64,000 nt of DNA from Lingula anatina (GCA_051362555.1 CM120649.1:18986567-19050566); one strand, 5' to 3'. Shown: positions 47,097-62,473, counted from the first letter of the stretch. The notes: generated by a model from the letters alone, not told the origin. Made by a program: numbers and translations.

Positions 47097-50000
47097 TAGC
47101 ATATTTTAATTATAACACACACACAAACACACACACACACACACTTTTAAGATACTCTACTAAGATAAGTAATCAACTGACATCCATTGTAACCATTAAA
47201 ATATGCTGTCACAAAACAAAAAAATAAAAAAAAATTTATCTGTGTCCTTTGAGTCTATACACTCCAGGAATATACTACAAATTATATATCGCATCAAATC
47301 CTGCTTCTACCTTCACAATATGTTCTCTTCTATCAATTATGGTCCATACAATAACTATTGCAGAGAGGTAAAATAAAAACATGAAAAAAGGGGATAAAAG
47401 ACCTGCGGTTTCCTACGTAATATTCATCAATCTGATCTCCTATTAACTCCACTGTAAGAACCCTCTGGATATCCCGATTTCACAGCACTTCCCCTGCTGA
47501 TTATCCTCCATTGAAATCACCCCCATAAAGCCTCTCTTGTTTCTCCCAGTCCAAGTCAAATTTCTGGCCGACCACTCCATCTCACTGAACAGCCACCGAG
47601 GCGTGATCTCGTCGAACAAAGGGTTAATTTGTAACGGTGAACAGAAAGTGGCGGCTTGCCGGTTATAGTTACAAATTTATCAACGACCTAAGCAAGCGTG
47701 GACAATCGCTAATGCGTCAAATCACGGAGTCGATCTCGGTGGTTATTTGCTGCTGGAAGGTAATGGAGAGATCTGCAATCAAAGGCGGGGAGAAATTTAG
47801 ATGAAATGATTTTGTGCTGGCGCTTAGTGGTTTTTATTATAGATATCAATGCACATGAAAGAGGGGCATTCAATTAGGGAGAAAATTGAATTGGTCATGG
47901 AGAGTGAGGTGCTGGTTACTAATGGAGAACAGGTTGGATTCAGGGAGGGTCCATTATTGCTGTCCTCCTCCAAAGAAAATGAAAAAAGAAAGAAAATTAA
48001 AAGATATTAAATTAAGAAAAAAGGGGAAAAAAACAACTCACTTCCACCAAACTTTGAAAAAAAGACTTAGGTTCCAAATCTAGTGTAGATAGTGGTGGAT
48101 ACAGTTACAGTTTCTACTGAAAACTTCATTCAAACATCAGTATAGGATGTAAAAAAACTGTTCCCCTTCTCTGAGAGGTAATTATTGGCGAGGAGTGACA
48201 TCTCAACCCGAAAATATTATGCTTGATATCACTCACCTGGAGGGTCTAAAGCTTTAGACCCATTTGAATTTCGGGCTATAGCCGTTTTGCATAACTGGGC
48301 TCAGACATTACATTGTAAAGCCGACTGATCTTGTAGGTATTGAGCTAGAACACCAGTCCATGTTTTTCCTTTAAACTGGTTAAAAATTCAACAAGGGCAA
48401 AAGGGTTGTTTGTCATTCTAGAAACAAGAAATCTCTTCCGGGACGTGCTAATTGATTCAGCGGTAGTGTTAATTGTTGGTTTGAAATTATCTGACGTGTA
48501 AATTAATGTCACCTATAGGAACTCTGTGTGTCTAGTTCTAGAGATTTCCACGGAACTGCACGTACCTGGAGGCACGTCTTGGCATTTTTTTCTCATATTT
48601 TAACATGTTTTTTTAAAGTGCACTCAACATGATATGTGAACAGAGGCACTATTAGCTTTGGTTTTCCTCGTCCAAAATTGCCCATGGAATATGAATCAAG
48701 TGCTGCGCTCTTGAAACTCGATTCAAAGTCTAGATTTTAGTGTGCATCTTGTAAGAGATGAGATGCATACTGAATCGGGAGAATTCAACAGCTCAACACA
48801 TGGTTTTTATTTAGGGGCACATTTGGGACTTCGAAAGTCCATATACGTAATAACTCCGTGCACATATTATTTTGAGTACGGTACACATCTTGTACTTTTA
48901 AAAGTACTAAAAAAGGTGAACTATCAAGACTCTCCTAGCTCTTGGGGTACATCCTTTCACCTCCCTTCAGCTACCTTACTGGAAGTGCGGATGTGAAACA
49001 AGCCACATACGGTGTTTCCCTTAATTTGCCATCAGGTTTAAGATGAAATTAGGAACTTTGGACTTCCTCCATTATGGCTTGGCAATAAAGTCGCGATAAT
49101 TTTCCTATGTTATATTGTTTTACGCCCATGACGAATTTCTGGAACTATATTTTCCTCATTCCGCTTCAATTTGCCTAGAAATATAGGCTTTTTTTAAAGT
49201 TGATATTTGGTGAAAATAAAAATAATTCCTTGCTCAGAACTTCTCTCAAGTATGCAGCGACATGAAAACGTAACACGGTTAGATGTTATATTATATCATA
49301 TCTTCATATGCATAACGATATCACAGTGAATAAGAAGACAAAAATTCAACAAGATTCATAAAAACATTTCCTATTGGATGCCTTTTATTATGTTCCACTT
49401 TACTTGTAAGACTGAAACCCATCAGCCAAACCAGTGCCTATTTATTAGTAATGATATTTTACGGTGCAAAGCCGATCAGAGAAAATTATATCATAAAAAA
49501 GCAAATTAAACTGCAGTTGGATATGAAAAAAATCAATGGCAAACGCTTCATTACTGAGTCCGAATCGAATTCGAAGAAGATTAGACCTATTTGTGTTTTG
49601 TTCAATGACATCGTGGTTTTCGTAGCATTCTTGTATTAACTGTTATTGTTGACGCATATTACACGCATATTATCAGTCATCATTAAATTTATGGTGGCCT
49701 GTTTGCTGCATTTTAGCTACACTGATTTAATTTATTGCTATAGATAGTTTCTGAGATAATTGTGTATTTAATGTTTGTTTCATATAAAATTCGCCTTATT
49801 TATTAAACGTCAAATGAGTTCTGCGTTCTATATACCGTATCTCTTGGTGATGAATTCGTTGAAGACATCTTCGTTTTGCCTAATTCTTGTGTAAAAACAT
49901 CAACATTTTACGTCTTTATTTCTGCAAAAGCCCACAATTAATAAACTCTAAGTATGTAACCCTCGAGGAATTTAATAGTCCGCTTATACCTATTTTATTT

Positions 50001-52855
50001 TGATTCTCTTCGAATGTATCACTCACGATTGTACCCCGTTTCTGGTCTGAAAATGGGAATAGTCTCACGCTTAATTAGCCGCGGTCATTAATTATCGCCA
50101 CTAATTCAGCAATGCATTGACAACATATTGAGGGAGAACCACACGTTAAATCTTTTCAATTGCCAATAAACAAGATAATAGCATGTAAATCCTAGCTCGG
50201 TGTGCGAGATTACAATGACTCATAAGTGGAATCCACACGTCTTATTAATTCAATTATCCATCGATTTAGAAGACAATTTTCTAACAATCACCCTTTGTCA
50301 ACGCCGGCGATTATCTTCGTGGCGCTGTCACAGCACATAAGATTCAACAAAGCGTCGCAGTCTGTGGAGTTTTTGTTAAAGAACAGTCAAAGGGGAGATT
50401 TGTTAAAAAAAGAGCTTTTTTAATTCTTTCAGGGCAAAATTGAGTGAGGGGGTGTGGTGAGAGACACTTAAAGGTGTTTGCAACTGTTGAATAAAAGGAT
50501 AAAAAGCGGTATAAAGAGGGTTCTTTCCGCCTGCTCGTACACCGTGACGAAGCAGTGTACAGAAGAAAAGCGCGGCTTTTGAAAAGACTACATTTCCCCC
50601 ACGACGGCGCTCTGTCACACAAGGGATAAGTAACGTCTCCCTCAAAGGCCGCTTTATAGTTCGCTTAAAATACATCTGGAAAGACAATACTGGTGTTCTA
50701 TTTGAAACATTGTCGAATTTCGTTAATTCATTTATCAAAATGTCAGGTGCATTGTCCGTCTTGCAGGTGATACAAACGCCTGATTTTATTCCGATTCAGG
50801 TTGAATTACACTGGTTTAGAAAGCCGCTGAAAACCCCCCGTCCCTGGCTTTCCCGGCTCGTCCTTTGACTGCTCTCAGATCAAACTGCTAAGTAGAAATA
50901 GAGGAAGGCGCGGCATTGTCCCTTCTCGCGCGACTGAGGTGTGTGCAGCGGAAGCGTCTTCTAGGCTGGGCACGGGTGACGAGCTAGAGAGAATAGATAG
51001 AACATTACCGCTCTCCTCGACCAACGAAATGCACGTGAATATCCATGAAAGGCTCGGAAAGAAGCTTTTGTTTCTTGTCTCTTTCAGTGTGCTTAAGTTC
51101 TTGAAGTGATACATTTTGTAATCTCTTTCTATTCTGGGCGCGTCTCCTCACAAAGACCAGATGAAAAATGACGCAGTAGGGTGCCTTTGTTCGTAGAACA
51201 CACAATCCACTTGAAGATATCATCGACTTTTGTTTCTTTGCCGTGAAAGGCAGTTTTATTTCATCTCTTTTTTTTCTGTAGGTAAGATCATGTCACCTTT
51301 GTGGGGAGAACACAACACAAGAGAAGACACCACCATTAATTGCGTTCTCTTAACTGCGGCTTCGCCATTAACGGGCGTTATTTTTGCTTGTCGCGTTTTG
51401 TCTAAGCTACCATTAAGACGTATTGAATGTTTAATGTTTGTATAAAATTGAAATAAATTAAACCGAGGTTGGTACACCTGCGCGGCCGGTTTTCTATTGA
51501 ATTTTTCTCCACGCTGTCGCCCGCATCACCATGTAAAATCTACCGTATAATTACAATTGTACTTACAGGAGCTATTTTAACTGATCTTTTACTAAGTACA
51601 AAAGCCTTTTATATGCCTTTAAGAGACCGAATGTCAAACGGCTGCTATCAGATGAATACCCGTTTATTCTTTTTTTTTTCAAATTGTCAGGCTTCACAAA
51701 ATTAGAAACAATGCTATTTTCTCCAGCATATCATTGCCATGAATAAAAAAATTGCCACCAGCACAAATTTAAATTGTCACAGCCTTTGGATGTGAAGACA
51801 AAGGAGTATTCTAAATGAAAAAAACACAGAAAGATTTAATGAGAATTACAATAAACCAATACCGGTAAAATCATTTATATAACAGGTCATTTACAAAAAT
51901 GAATGCAATTCTTTTACCCTTTTATCAAGAAAATATATCAAATCAGAAGTCGTGTAAATACATATTTCAAACATCATTCGATTTAACCACTGTGTCTCAC
52001 AAAGCGCAAAGAGCCTTATAGATAACTACCAGAAACAACATTTTTCCGATACTTTTTAAATATACGATAATCCACAAAACTGCTCCAATCGGGTAGTTAT
52101 CATTTGGGAAAAAATAACATAAAATACAAAATGGGGAAAATGTATTTTACAGTTAAAGCCGATTACTTTATAATTTGCGTGACCGTGCACAGAACACACG
52201 GCCAAATTTCAATCTGTTTAATTTCGCTTTGAGGTATTATGATGGTTTCAATTCAGAAAGGAATTATTATGCTCGTGACACTTTTCGCACGACCCTTGTC
52301 GAACTCTCGTCACTAAGACCGACATATTGGTTTACCTGCACCAGCCGCTTATTTGAATTCGTTAAATCAAATACCATCATATAATAAAATATACCATGGC
52401 TTACCAGAAACGCACACAGACGTTAGAATTTATTTATACTTGTTTAACATAGGCCTTGCGCGTGTGCGCGGGTGTTTGGGCACTTGCGTGCGTTCTGTGT
52501 TGAATGAAAAGCGCTGATTCGTTTAATGAGAGCCCTTATGATTTTAGCCATCACAGCATATCGACATATTAGCCGTCTGTCGTGTGTGATGTCCGCGCGT
52601 GCTTGTGCGCGTGTCTGCCTGCCTGCGTGCAGCCAGCATGTTGTGCCTTTCTCATGACGGGCTCTCGAAATAGAAAAACACGCACAAGAAGTGCGCCCTT
52701 CCATACCAACTGTAGATCTTTTAACCGCACCTTATCTGGATATAGGAAGATACATAATCAGTTCTCACCAATAACTGCTTTTCGCCATTTAATGATCGTA
52801 CATGTCACTGAATTGTGATGTCATTGTGTCGTACTACATGTAGCACGATCTGTGG

Positions 52856-52898
<43 letters not shown>

Positions 52899-53016
52899 CG
52901 CAAGGGGAGGGAAAACTGTCGTCTGCGTCCCTTTCTGCCGTCTGAAACTTTGAATATCAGTGTGGTTGAAACATATATATAATGTCTATTTAATCAGTTC
53001 TTAGAATCATATCAGT

Positions 53017-53079
<63 letters not shown>

Positions 53080-56000
53080 TTCTGAGATGGACAACTAAAA
53101 AAACAAAAAAAAAAAAAAAATGACAAGTGACAAGATTGTGGTACGTCAGAAAGAAAAGCTGTGCCGACGACCACCACGTGTTAACAATAACTCTCGATGG
53201 AAAGCATGGGTAAGTATCTTTATGTAAGCTTCCAGTGAGTTAAAATACAGACCTAGTAATTTTAGCATCAAAGCAATAATATAAATTATGGCAACTGATA
53301 TAGCCGTGGTGGCGGGGTGTTTAGTCAACTTGACACGTACGGGCGAGATAATGCCAGGTTTCAGGTTTAATCAAAGGGAAATCGGATAGAATCAGTGTTA
53401 GAAACTTTAATGAAGTTTTCTATCCAAAACGTTTTGTCTGTAAAAAATCTCGACAACACCGAGTGAGGTTGCACCTGCATACTATACAGAGTGCAGTGCA
53501 TATTGCTTCTCTCTCTCTCTCTCTCTCTCTTTCTCAGATTCATTATAAAATCAAATCAGCAAGATTCAAACCTATTTGAACATCAGAATACTTTTCTCAG
53601 AAGTCTCATTCGGGTCATATATTTTAGACTTTTCATCCACGACCCCCCCCCCCCCCTGCTCCCCTTCATCAATAAGAATACCAGTGTTTTAAACCAATAA
53701 TTAATGTCACGAAAACAGCCATCTAAGCGATCCCCATGTCCTCACACAGCGGGACAAAACAACGTTTACATTAATAATCACGACATTTTCAAGATCATAT
53801 TAAGTTATGCACGAAGCATTCGCGCTGTGGCCCCGGCCCCTCCTCTCCATTGAAACTATCTATAGTGGTTTTTATTACTTTTAATGGCACGTTAATTGTC
53901 GCCTCAATACCTGTTTTCAAGTTTGTGGTGATACTTATTAGCAAACAGGTGAGGTAAAAGAAAAGCTCAAAGAAACCGTAAAGTCTATAAACTACGTACC
54001 AATGGGCTATCATAATGCCCGCATAAAAGTTTATGGGGAAGAAATAAGATGTTTTCTGTGATTTATTTCGTCTCGCCTCTGTGCAAAGTGCTCAAGAAGA
54101 CGTGAAGAGTTGTCTGTTTTTTTTTTTTTTTTAACTTTCAGGTGAATGATATAGTTTGAAGGCACTACCATGTCTTTCTTCAAAAAGAGTGCATTCCTTA
54201 AAAAACAGCACATATTTTCTTAAAGACAATACCAGAAAACAACCGATATTAAGACGAAAAAAGAAACATTTATTTGTACCCAAGGCCTTGGCATTTGATA
54301 CCATACTTATTTAAGAAATGGAGCATAAGTGTATGTCGTCAATTAGTTGAACATGTTTGATACAGTGGGGCAGAATTGCTAGGAACGTGAAAAGAAACTA
54401 ATATACACTGATAGCACCCCCGTTGAATGTCGTGAAATATCGTATGTTAACGATCACTATCGTACTTTTTGTTCTATTAGATTAACACGGTATGATATCT
54501 ATAGGAACTTTTCCGTTAAAAGATGACTTTATCGGAGCTCTGGTTTATTTCTTTGTCCATCTGGTTACGCCAATATGATTTTTCAGCAATTTGGTAAGTG
54601 AAATGTTCACATTTTAAAGTCTTGTTTCCCTGGCGAAGTTTTGAGTCAAATGAATAATCCCAAATTGTAATTTGAAAATCATCAGTTGTTTAGATAACGA
54701 GACTGGAACTAACTGCGCGGTGTAAGTAGTGGAAGTATTACCCGGTCCCTGAAATTGTTAACAATTTATTTTCGGTGACTAAAAATGTCTAATTTTATTT
54801 TGGGAAGACTGAAGACATGCATATAAATGTATCCTAGAGGGAAGTAGCATAGAGTTGAGAGGCGACGCTTTCTCCTTTCGTCACATTGACTCTGATGAAC
54901 GAAAGGTTGGTCTTTGATCCCTATGATGATGCGAATGTTTCCTTCAGTTTTGAATTTTTGAGAATGTCTTTCAATCCTACTCGCACCTTGCTGAAGATAC
55001 TTCTATTACCTGAAAATTAATGATAAGTGTCTGAATTAAAAACTAGCTCTTCCCAACCTCTTATGATTGCCAATTGAGGAAAATAGAAATAGGTTGAAAT
55101 ACAACAGATATTATGAAAAACTATGCATTTTTCTTTACTTCGTCGTATAAATCTGAGGAATTTTTTTTTCAGTGGAACAAAGTCTATTACGTGGCGTAAA
55201 GGCAGAATAGAGTTTTTAACACCAAATGCGGGGTTGATTCCGTTGCACGGAGTATTTGTTTAATCACTCTCACACTGGAAATAGGGAATGGTGGATTGAA
55301 GTTGTAACAGTGACTATGGTACTTTTGGAATTTGAAAACTGGTCTATGGATCATTATTTCTCAACGTTTTTTGGTAGGTATACCATGGTTGATAAAGGTG
55401 AAATTGCTAGTACTCCCAGGAACATGTAGACTAACCTAGAGTTTATTACCATTTATACCATATATTTCCTGATTTTCTGAACACTGTCAAATATTCTTAG
55501 AATTCGATACTCACAGGTGTCTATACTACGTCAAATGCCACTGTTTTTTAACATAATAGATAAAAATAGTGAACAATTCAATATGGTTACTAATTATCCA
55601 TCAAACTATATAATTATACAGATTCATATTATATCTATATATTGTTTGTAGTCAAGCGATCAGCGCCCCCTATGTCGTCTGTATGCTGTAACCCCTCCAG
55701 GGAGATGAGAACGCCAACAGTCTGTCTATAGCAGGTCCAGGTTTCACAAAAAGTAAGTCAGGTTCCCTGGCTAAGAACTTAATTACCAACGTTACATGGT
55801 CACATGTTTGCACAGTGTTACAGCACTGTTATGGAAATTCTAGTCAACCAAGCTAGGGCACTATTTTTTTCCGGGGCCAGGTATTTCGTGGTCTGTCGTG
55901 AACCGCTCTTTTCTAAGAACCAAACTTTATTCTTATACTTTAACATTTTAGACCACCTTACAAACATCTAAAAATTTCATAAAAACCAAAAATTACCCTT

Positions 56001-58171
56001 GAATTGTCATTCAAATAAAACATTTTCATAACGTAATATTTTATGATAATTCGGTTTGTTCAAAGTGTAAGAAAAATATGATAGACATTAACAAAATAAA
56101 AACAAAGAAACGTCTTTGTAATGCACGTAGGCTAGGTCGTTGAACCAAAAGTATAAATAAACATTATTCAACTCGTAAAAACGTACAAAAAAAAAGATTA
56201 TGAATGTTGTAATTATTGAGAAGAGGAGAAACAAGACGCAAGATAGACGAAATTATTTTCGAAGGCAGACAGCGTTTCATCACCGAAAAAAAGATATAAA
56301 TCACTAACGAATAATATGCTCAAATGTTTTCAAAATAAAATCACCGCCACTAAATTACACTCACATTTTGATTCTAAAGTTGTGAAATTTGAAGAGACTC
56401 AGACGCTGAATATGGCGCTCGCTGCGTCTCTTCACAAAAGCAGACGACAGAAGAGGAAAAATCACAATCCTTGAAATCTTCACCTCGGCTGGAAGGGGAT
56501 TCTGTTCCGTTTATTTCTTATCCGAAATAAAGTCCCGCACAATGGGACAAAAGTTGTGAGTAGAAATCGCACAGAATATCAATTCCTACGTCGACCATTT
56601 TGCTGCTCAACCAAGTGTTGACGCTTTAAAAATACAGCATTTTAAAAATATTTTTGATAACAAAAAGCTTATTTCGTGTACAGTACAAGGAGGCCATCAA
56701 AAGTTATATGTACATGAAAAATCTGAAAAAAAATCAGTTTGAGAAAGGATAGCGGCAAAATCTTTAAAAGATGGGTCGGAGTAGCCGAGAGGAAACCAAC
56801 ATATTTTGATGCCATTTTTGAACATTTCTCGCTCAGGTCTGTTCCGTGCTATAGTGGAAACCAATTGTACAGCAGAGGATATAGTTTTGTATTTTTCTTT
56901 TCTTTTTTCTTATTTTATGTTTCTTTAAATGAACTCATATTTGGAATTGATAACCTTAGTGCGAATTACTCGAAAATTTTTTATTTTAATTTCTGGCCTT
57001 CTATACTCCAAAGAACAATCCCTCGAGATCAAACAAAGAGCCGCAAAATAAGTAACGAAAAAGTAGTGAATATGACCAGGACCGCTTGATTTAAAATTTG
57101 ATTTGGGAAACTCATTTGAATATGTTTAAAATGAATAAATGAATGCCCAAAAACTGTGAAGTTGACATATAGGGGATTAAGTGAAATTTGCCCAAAGTTC
57201 TATCAAGATTACGCGGAGTAGTTCGCTGCGATGACTTGCCGCTATCCCCTTAGACTGTAATAGTACACCACTGTGCCGTAAGCCCCGCCGTCTTCTGGGC
57301 CGATTAATCACAACCAAAGTTTGTCATTTTTCAACCAGTATCAAAATTCAGACAATCCTGTATCTTTTCAAATATTTAAAACAAAAGTTATTCGATCCCT
57401 CTAAAAATCGTTTAGCTGTGAACCTGATCCGGATAACACGATGGCGAAGAAAGGGACACCTGACTATTTATCAAGGTACTCTATGCGGGAGCGACGTAAT
57501 TCCCCCCAGCCTGAAAAACCGTGAATATTTCCATTTAGGATGCCTTTGTGATTTAATACTACAAATGTTTTATTCAGTGCAAAAGAAAGTATAACGCCAC
57601 TGTTTCATGGCAACCAATCTCTTTTTTCTATTCTTTTTCTAAAGGTTAAAATATTAATGAGCTTTTAGCTCATTGTTTTTCGTGGACGATACTAGTGCTA
57701 AGTCTTCATACGACCGTGCGTCTGGTTGCTAGAACATGAAGTAATTTAAATATTGCATAAATGTTATAGAAGTCGCATTTCAAATAAACGGTAATTTATT
57801 CTTCCACTATGAGCTTTTATTTTTATCGTGCAACATAACCCTATTATTATAATTATAATTATAATAATAATGATTATATTTTTATATCAGTTGATCGCCG
57901 ATTTCAAGCTAATTTTCTTTCTCTCACAAGAGGCATCTTCCACAGGACCTTCGGCCTGTTTTCTCTTGGGACATTTCACGAAAGAGGGCGGCATCACCAT
58001 GACAACAGGTTAGCGGGAAATGGCCAATAAGATTCAAAATGCGTTTCGTTCTGATACTTTGTGGATATTTCCTACTTCATACATTGAACGTGTAAAATCA
58101 AACTAAACTTTGTTTTTATGTATTCTCTCTCTACCCTTCTCTCTCTCTCTCCCTCTTGGGGTGAGCATGTT

Positions 58172-58227
<56 letters not shown>

Positions 58228-60140
58228 CGTCACTGATACAAGTCGCCAACTGTTGGCCTGTAAAACCAAAACAGTTTTTTTTCGTCTTTTTCTTCTTTAA
58301 CGGCGTCGAGTCCTTTAAGCAGCCGCCGCAGCCTCTACAACCATCCATATACAGACCATTGTTTCTCTTAAGAAACGATCGCCGTTGTGAGCCAAGTGTC
58401 GTATTTTCCCCTTTTGTAGCAAGGTGATCGCTTTACTGCGACACACAATGGTCACAGACGTTAAAGTTACATTAATGACAAAGCAGCCGGGTTAAGTTCG
58501 GTGTACACAGGCCATTGTATTCTTGTAGAGCGGTCTAGATGAAAGCGCCGATGTCATTTAACTTGACAGGGCATGTGTCGGGGTGAAAAACGACAAAAAA
58601 GTTTAAATTGAGGTAAAATTCGTGTGCCGTTCTTCTCTACGGTTTAGCATTACTGTTTGTTAACCAGACATAATATACTTAAATCTATCCGCAGTCTTCA
58701 TGTTACGCATTCCATGGACAAAGCAGTCTGATTGATCTTGAAGTTTTACAACAAAATATGTTTAAAAAAGGGAATATTACCCGTCGAAGGACGCACACAA
58801 GCGAGCTTTTAAAGCTTTGATACTTCTCTATCCTGACGTTGGCTGTGACTGGGGAGAGGAGGGGAGGAGGGGTTCGCAGATGAGCGATCCGTGAGACTCA
58901 TTTTACGTCCTTAAGCTCTGTATATCTGTTATGAATTGATTTATTTCTAAAAGGCTAAATGCAGTTAAAATTTAAAATCCAACTAATTTTAATAATAACG
59001 GCTGTAGTTCACATGTTACAGTGACTTTTCTCCCTGAACATCAAATTTTATTAAGCCTCTGGCAAAATAGTTAAGATGCGTATAAACAACACGAAATTAA
59101 CTAAATTTATTTCAATACTACACAATGACACTGACATTAGATAGACTACATAAGTAGACAGTCTAGAGCACCATTTACAATGAATTTTGTCTGCCTAGGA
59201 AATGTACAAGGCTTCCACGGGGACTCTAGCTACATGCAATCAAGATAACAGACAAGAACGTCTCTTCCTGTTTCCAATGTTCTCGTATAATCTCCAGGTT
59301 ATTTTCTACTAAACGCCAGCTAGGTCGACAAAATTGTGCGATCGGTACCTTTAATTTAAGACAACATTTGGCCCTTTTTGTAGACTTTGCTTTTGACACG
59401 TAAGTCCACTTCCTAAGCTATAGTTTCCGATAGAGGAGTCTATGCAAGTTTTCAAAGACTTGGAAAGCTATCAAGACTACAGTCAGTTGTATAGATTTGC
59501 TCTCCAACTTGAATCTGCTTGAAACAGTCTTTCAATACCACCCTTGTTGATGATTTTCATAACAGAACATATGTATATTCTAAACGTGGAGACAGCATGT
59601 TTATACTCTTAGACAGACGAAAATGCCTGGTTCTTGAGAAATTTGTTTTATTACTAGGATGCCTTGACTAACAGGCGCCTGAAAAAGCGCAGAATCAGCA
59701 AATTGTGTATTTTTTCCACCTTAGCCCAGAGACGCACTGGGGTGATGGACACATCTGTTATAGATGATGACGTCATTGGTGTGGCGTTAACTCCTTTTCT
59801 CTTTGCACATTTCAATTTCATCAATGATACGTGTACATATCATTATATGGCATGGTGCCGTACTTTTTTTTGTGTGTGTGTGTGGGGGGGGGGGGGGGGA
59901 GGGGGGGATCAAATGACCGCCAATAATTGACCACGAAAGCAGTGGGGGTATTTGCTTTTGAAGTTGGGATCTAAATTGTTTGAGGTCAAAAAGGTTGTTA
60001 CTGTCTAATCACCAGGACACCCTATTTGTGGTTGAAAGTATAGCAGAGAATAATGCAATGAGGCAAAGCATAACTAGCGTCGATTCTCATTTGAATAAAA
60101 AATGGTGCGAAAAAAATTTTTGTCATCTTCGATACTACCA

Positions 60141-60404
60141 GAGGGTCCCATGGGGGGGGGGGGGGTGACACCGTTCACGGGAAACAAAATCATCAATTCA
60201 CAAATCACAGTTTATTCGTATCTCTCTGATAATGCGCGTAGAAAATCTTTAAAATGTTTGCATAATGTGTAATGATTTCGTTTAAGAAAGAGCGGGGAAT
60301 TATAAGCCGCATGCTCAACTGACGGGAATGGCGTGCTTCACGAATCACGCTGGATAAAATTATATTTTTGCGCACTAGTAGTGGAAATACCTCATGGGAC
60401 CCTC
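60141..60404. mobile_element. Small non-autonomous DNA transposon with 14-bp TIRs and a putative 3-bp CCA target duplication
   Basis: cca|gagggtcccatggg ... ctcatgggaccctc|cca; internal repeats ttcacaaatcac and ttcacgaatcac. Confidence 0.65.
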
Positions 60405-61014
60405 CCAGCAGGAATGAACTGGTTATAACTAGTTTTCACCCCATACCCTGGCTGCTAATCATTTCTAATGCATGTATTAATTAACCTTTTCAAAGTTGTT
60501 AAAATGTGTCAACCAGGGGTGTTAACAATTAGAATAAAAACATGCTTAATAGACCAACGTTGTATTGTTTAGTTCAAATTTTGATTATCAGTCTATTAAA
60601 CTTTTGACACCTGCTGTTTGCGTATTTTACTGATTTTGCGAAAACTCTTCAATAACAGCAAGGAAAATAATATTTATTTGTAACTGAAAGTAATATGTTA
60701 GAATAAGCACTAAAATGGCTTCAATTCTAAAAGAAATATTGAAATATTTGTTCGGGTACTGAGCTAAAATTGAAATAATGTGTCTGCTAATTTGGTAACT
60801 GTAAACTGAAATTCCCGCCTCCTGCACTTTGAGGCGGGAGTTTTGTTCATGGCGAAAACAAAATGTGACGTTAAGTCTTATCAAACTGGACGAGTGTAGA
60901 GAGGTTAAAGATGTTCACTTTTGACAGGTTGCTTCGTGCATCCCCAACCCCCCCCCCCCCCATACCCGCACCAACAGACACACACACACACACTCACGGA
61001 CCCACACGCACAAA

Positions 61015-61045
<31 letters not shown>

Positions 61046-61124
61046 GCGCGCGCCTTAAACCCACCGTTAACACATCAATAATATTTGGTCAGGCAGAAAA
61101 TACATGCCAGTCCCAAATGGCACT

Positions 61125-61159
<35 letters not shown>

Positions 61160-62473
61160 TATTTCCTTATGTCATGTTTTATATATTGACACATATTTAT
61201 TACTCTGTTTATTGCAGAGCCATGCGTCTAGATTTCCTACCTTTTTTAAGATATTTGCGTGATACACTTTTATACGCAAGAAGACACGAGTGCTGCATGC
61301 AGGTCACAAAATCTATTTACATAATGGTAATCATATTCTTGTCCGGTAACTGCACCGACTGTCCGGCAAAATAAAACAAGTGTCCGTCACAGCGTCCCTC
61401 TCTCAGACACACAGGCCTGTTTGCAGCTGAGACAGTCCGGTAAACAGAAAAAAAGACGCCGCCCAATGACTTAACAACTGCACTCGGGCAACCATGAAGC
61501 CGTGACTCGGTCAAATACGTTTTCAATTACCGAGAATTCTAAGACACGTCGAAGTCACAATTAAGGGTGATTGAAATCGTTTAATACCATTCGATATACC
61601 TTGAATGGCGTTTGAATAGCATTCCGTCCCCACATAATAGCATCTCGTGTCTGGGCACAAGGGGGCGAGGACGCCTGTGAATTGAACCCTTAGTGGCTGC
61701 CCTACAATTCCAGGAATAAAAGCCGCACTATTGAACCGATCGCTAAAACTGCAGGTGACGGCGGAGAGAAATCCTTGAAGCAGAAAAAGTGAGTGCATTT
61801 CTAAAACCCCGCATTGTCTCGCATTGTCTCGCTTTTGTCTTGCGATTGAATGCCAACAAGCGAAAAGCTGTTAAACCTGTGACGATCCCAACTGTAGAAA
61901 TCAGTGCGTCTCTTTCATGAACGCCACATAGATCCATTATCTCCCATTATTTCGAACCAGTGAGTCGGACACGCGAGAGAAGTGAGGAATAATTCCAAAA
62001 TAACCGAACCCCTGAGAACACCACTATTACTCGTAATTAACATCGGTGGCAATTTCCGATCCAAGTTCACCGGGCGGAAAACCGCGCCAAAAGCTCGTGA
62101 ATAGATTCTTTTCTTCCCGACTTGAGACTCACGAAAAAGATTCGTGTTTTCGACCGAAGTTGCTTTTGTCTTCGGTAATGGAAGGAAACGGAGAGGAAAC
62201 AGACTTCCATTGCTTGCTGTGCTGGTCTTATTATCTCGGGAAGAAAAGACTTGAAAGCGTTGTGAAATGGATTTTCGACTTGAAACACTGCGGCGACTTA
62301 GGGTTCAGTCATTTCGTCAACGTGATACCCTGCTGTGCACGTTGCCGTAATCTACGCTCTTTAAAAACATTCTGAATAAATCATTAAAGAGGTTTAACCT
62401 TCATTTTCCAGCGTATATTAAGCATATATTCATTGTCTTGTAAAGCTGACCACATGTCTTTCTGACTTTCTCT

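Noticed and set aside
57200-57305. tRNA/SINE-like A-box (ggcacagtggt on minus); similar fragments near 6245, 17020, 42245 and 55690
   Set aside because: No B-box or cloverleaf, and too degraded to call by eye.
62046-62375. 109-aa ORF with several cysteines
   Set aside because: GTG start, no recognisable domain and no consistent exon structure.
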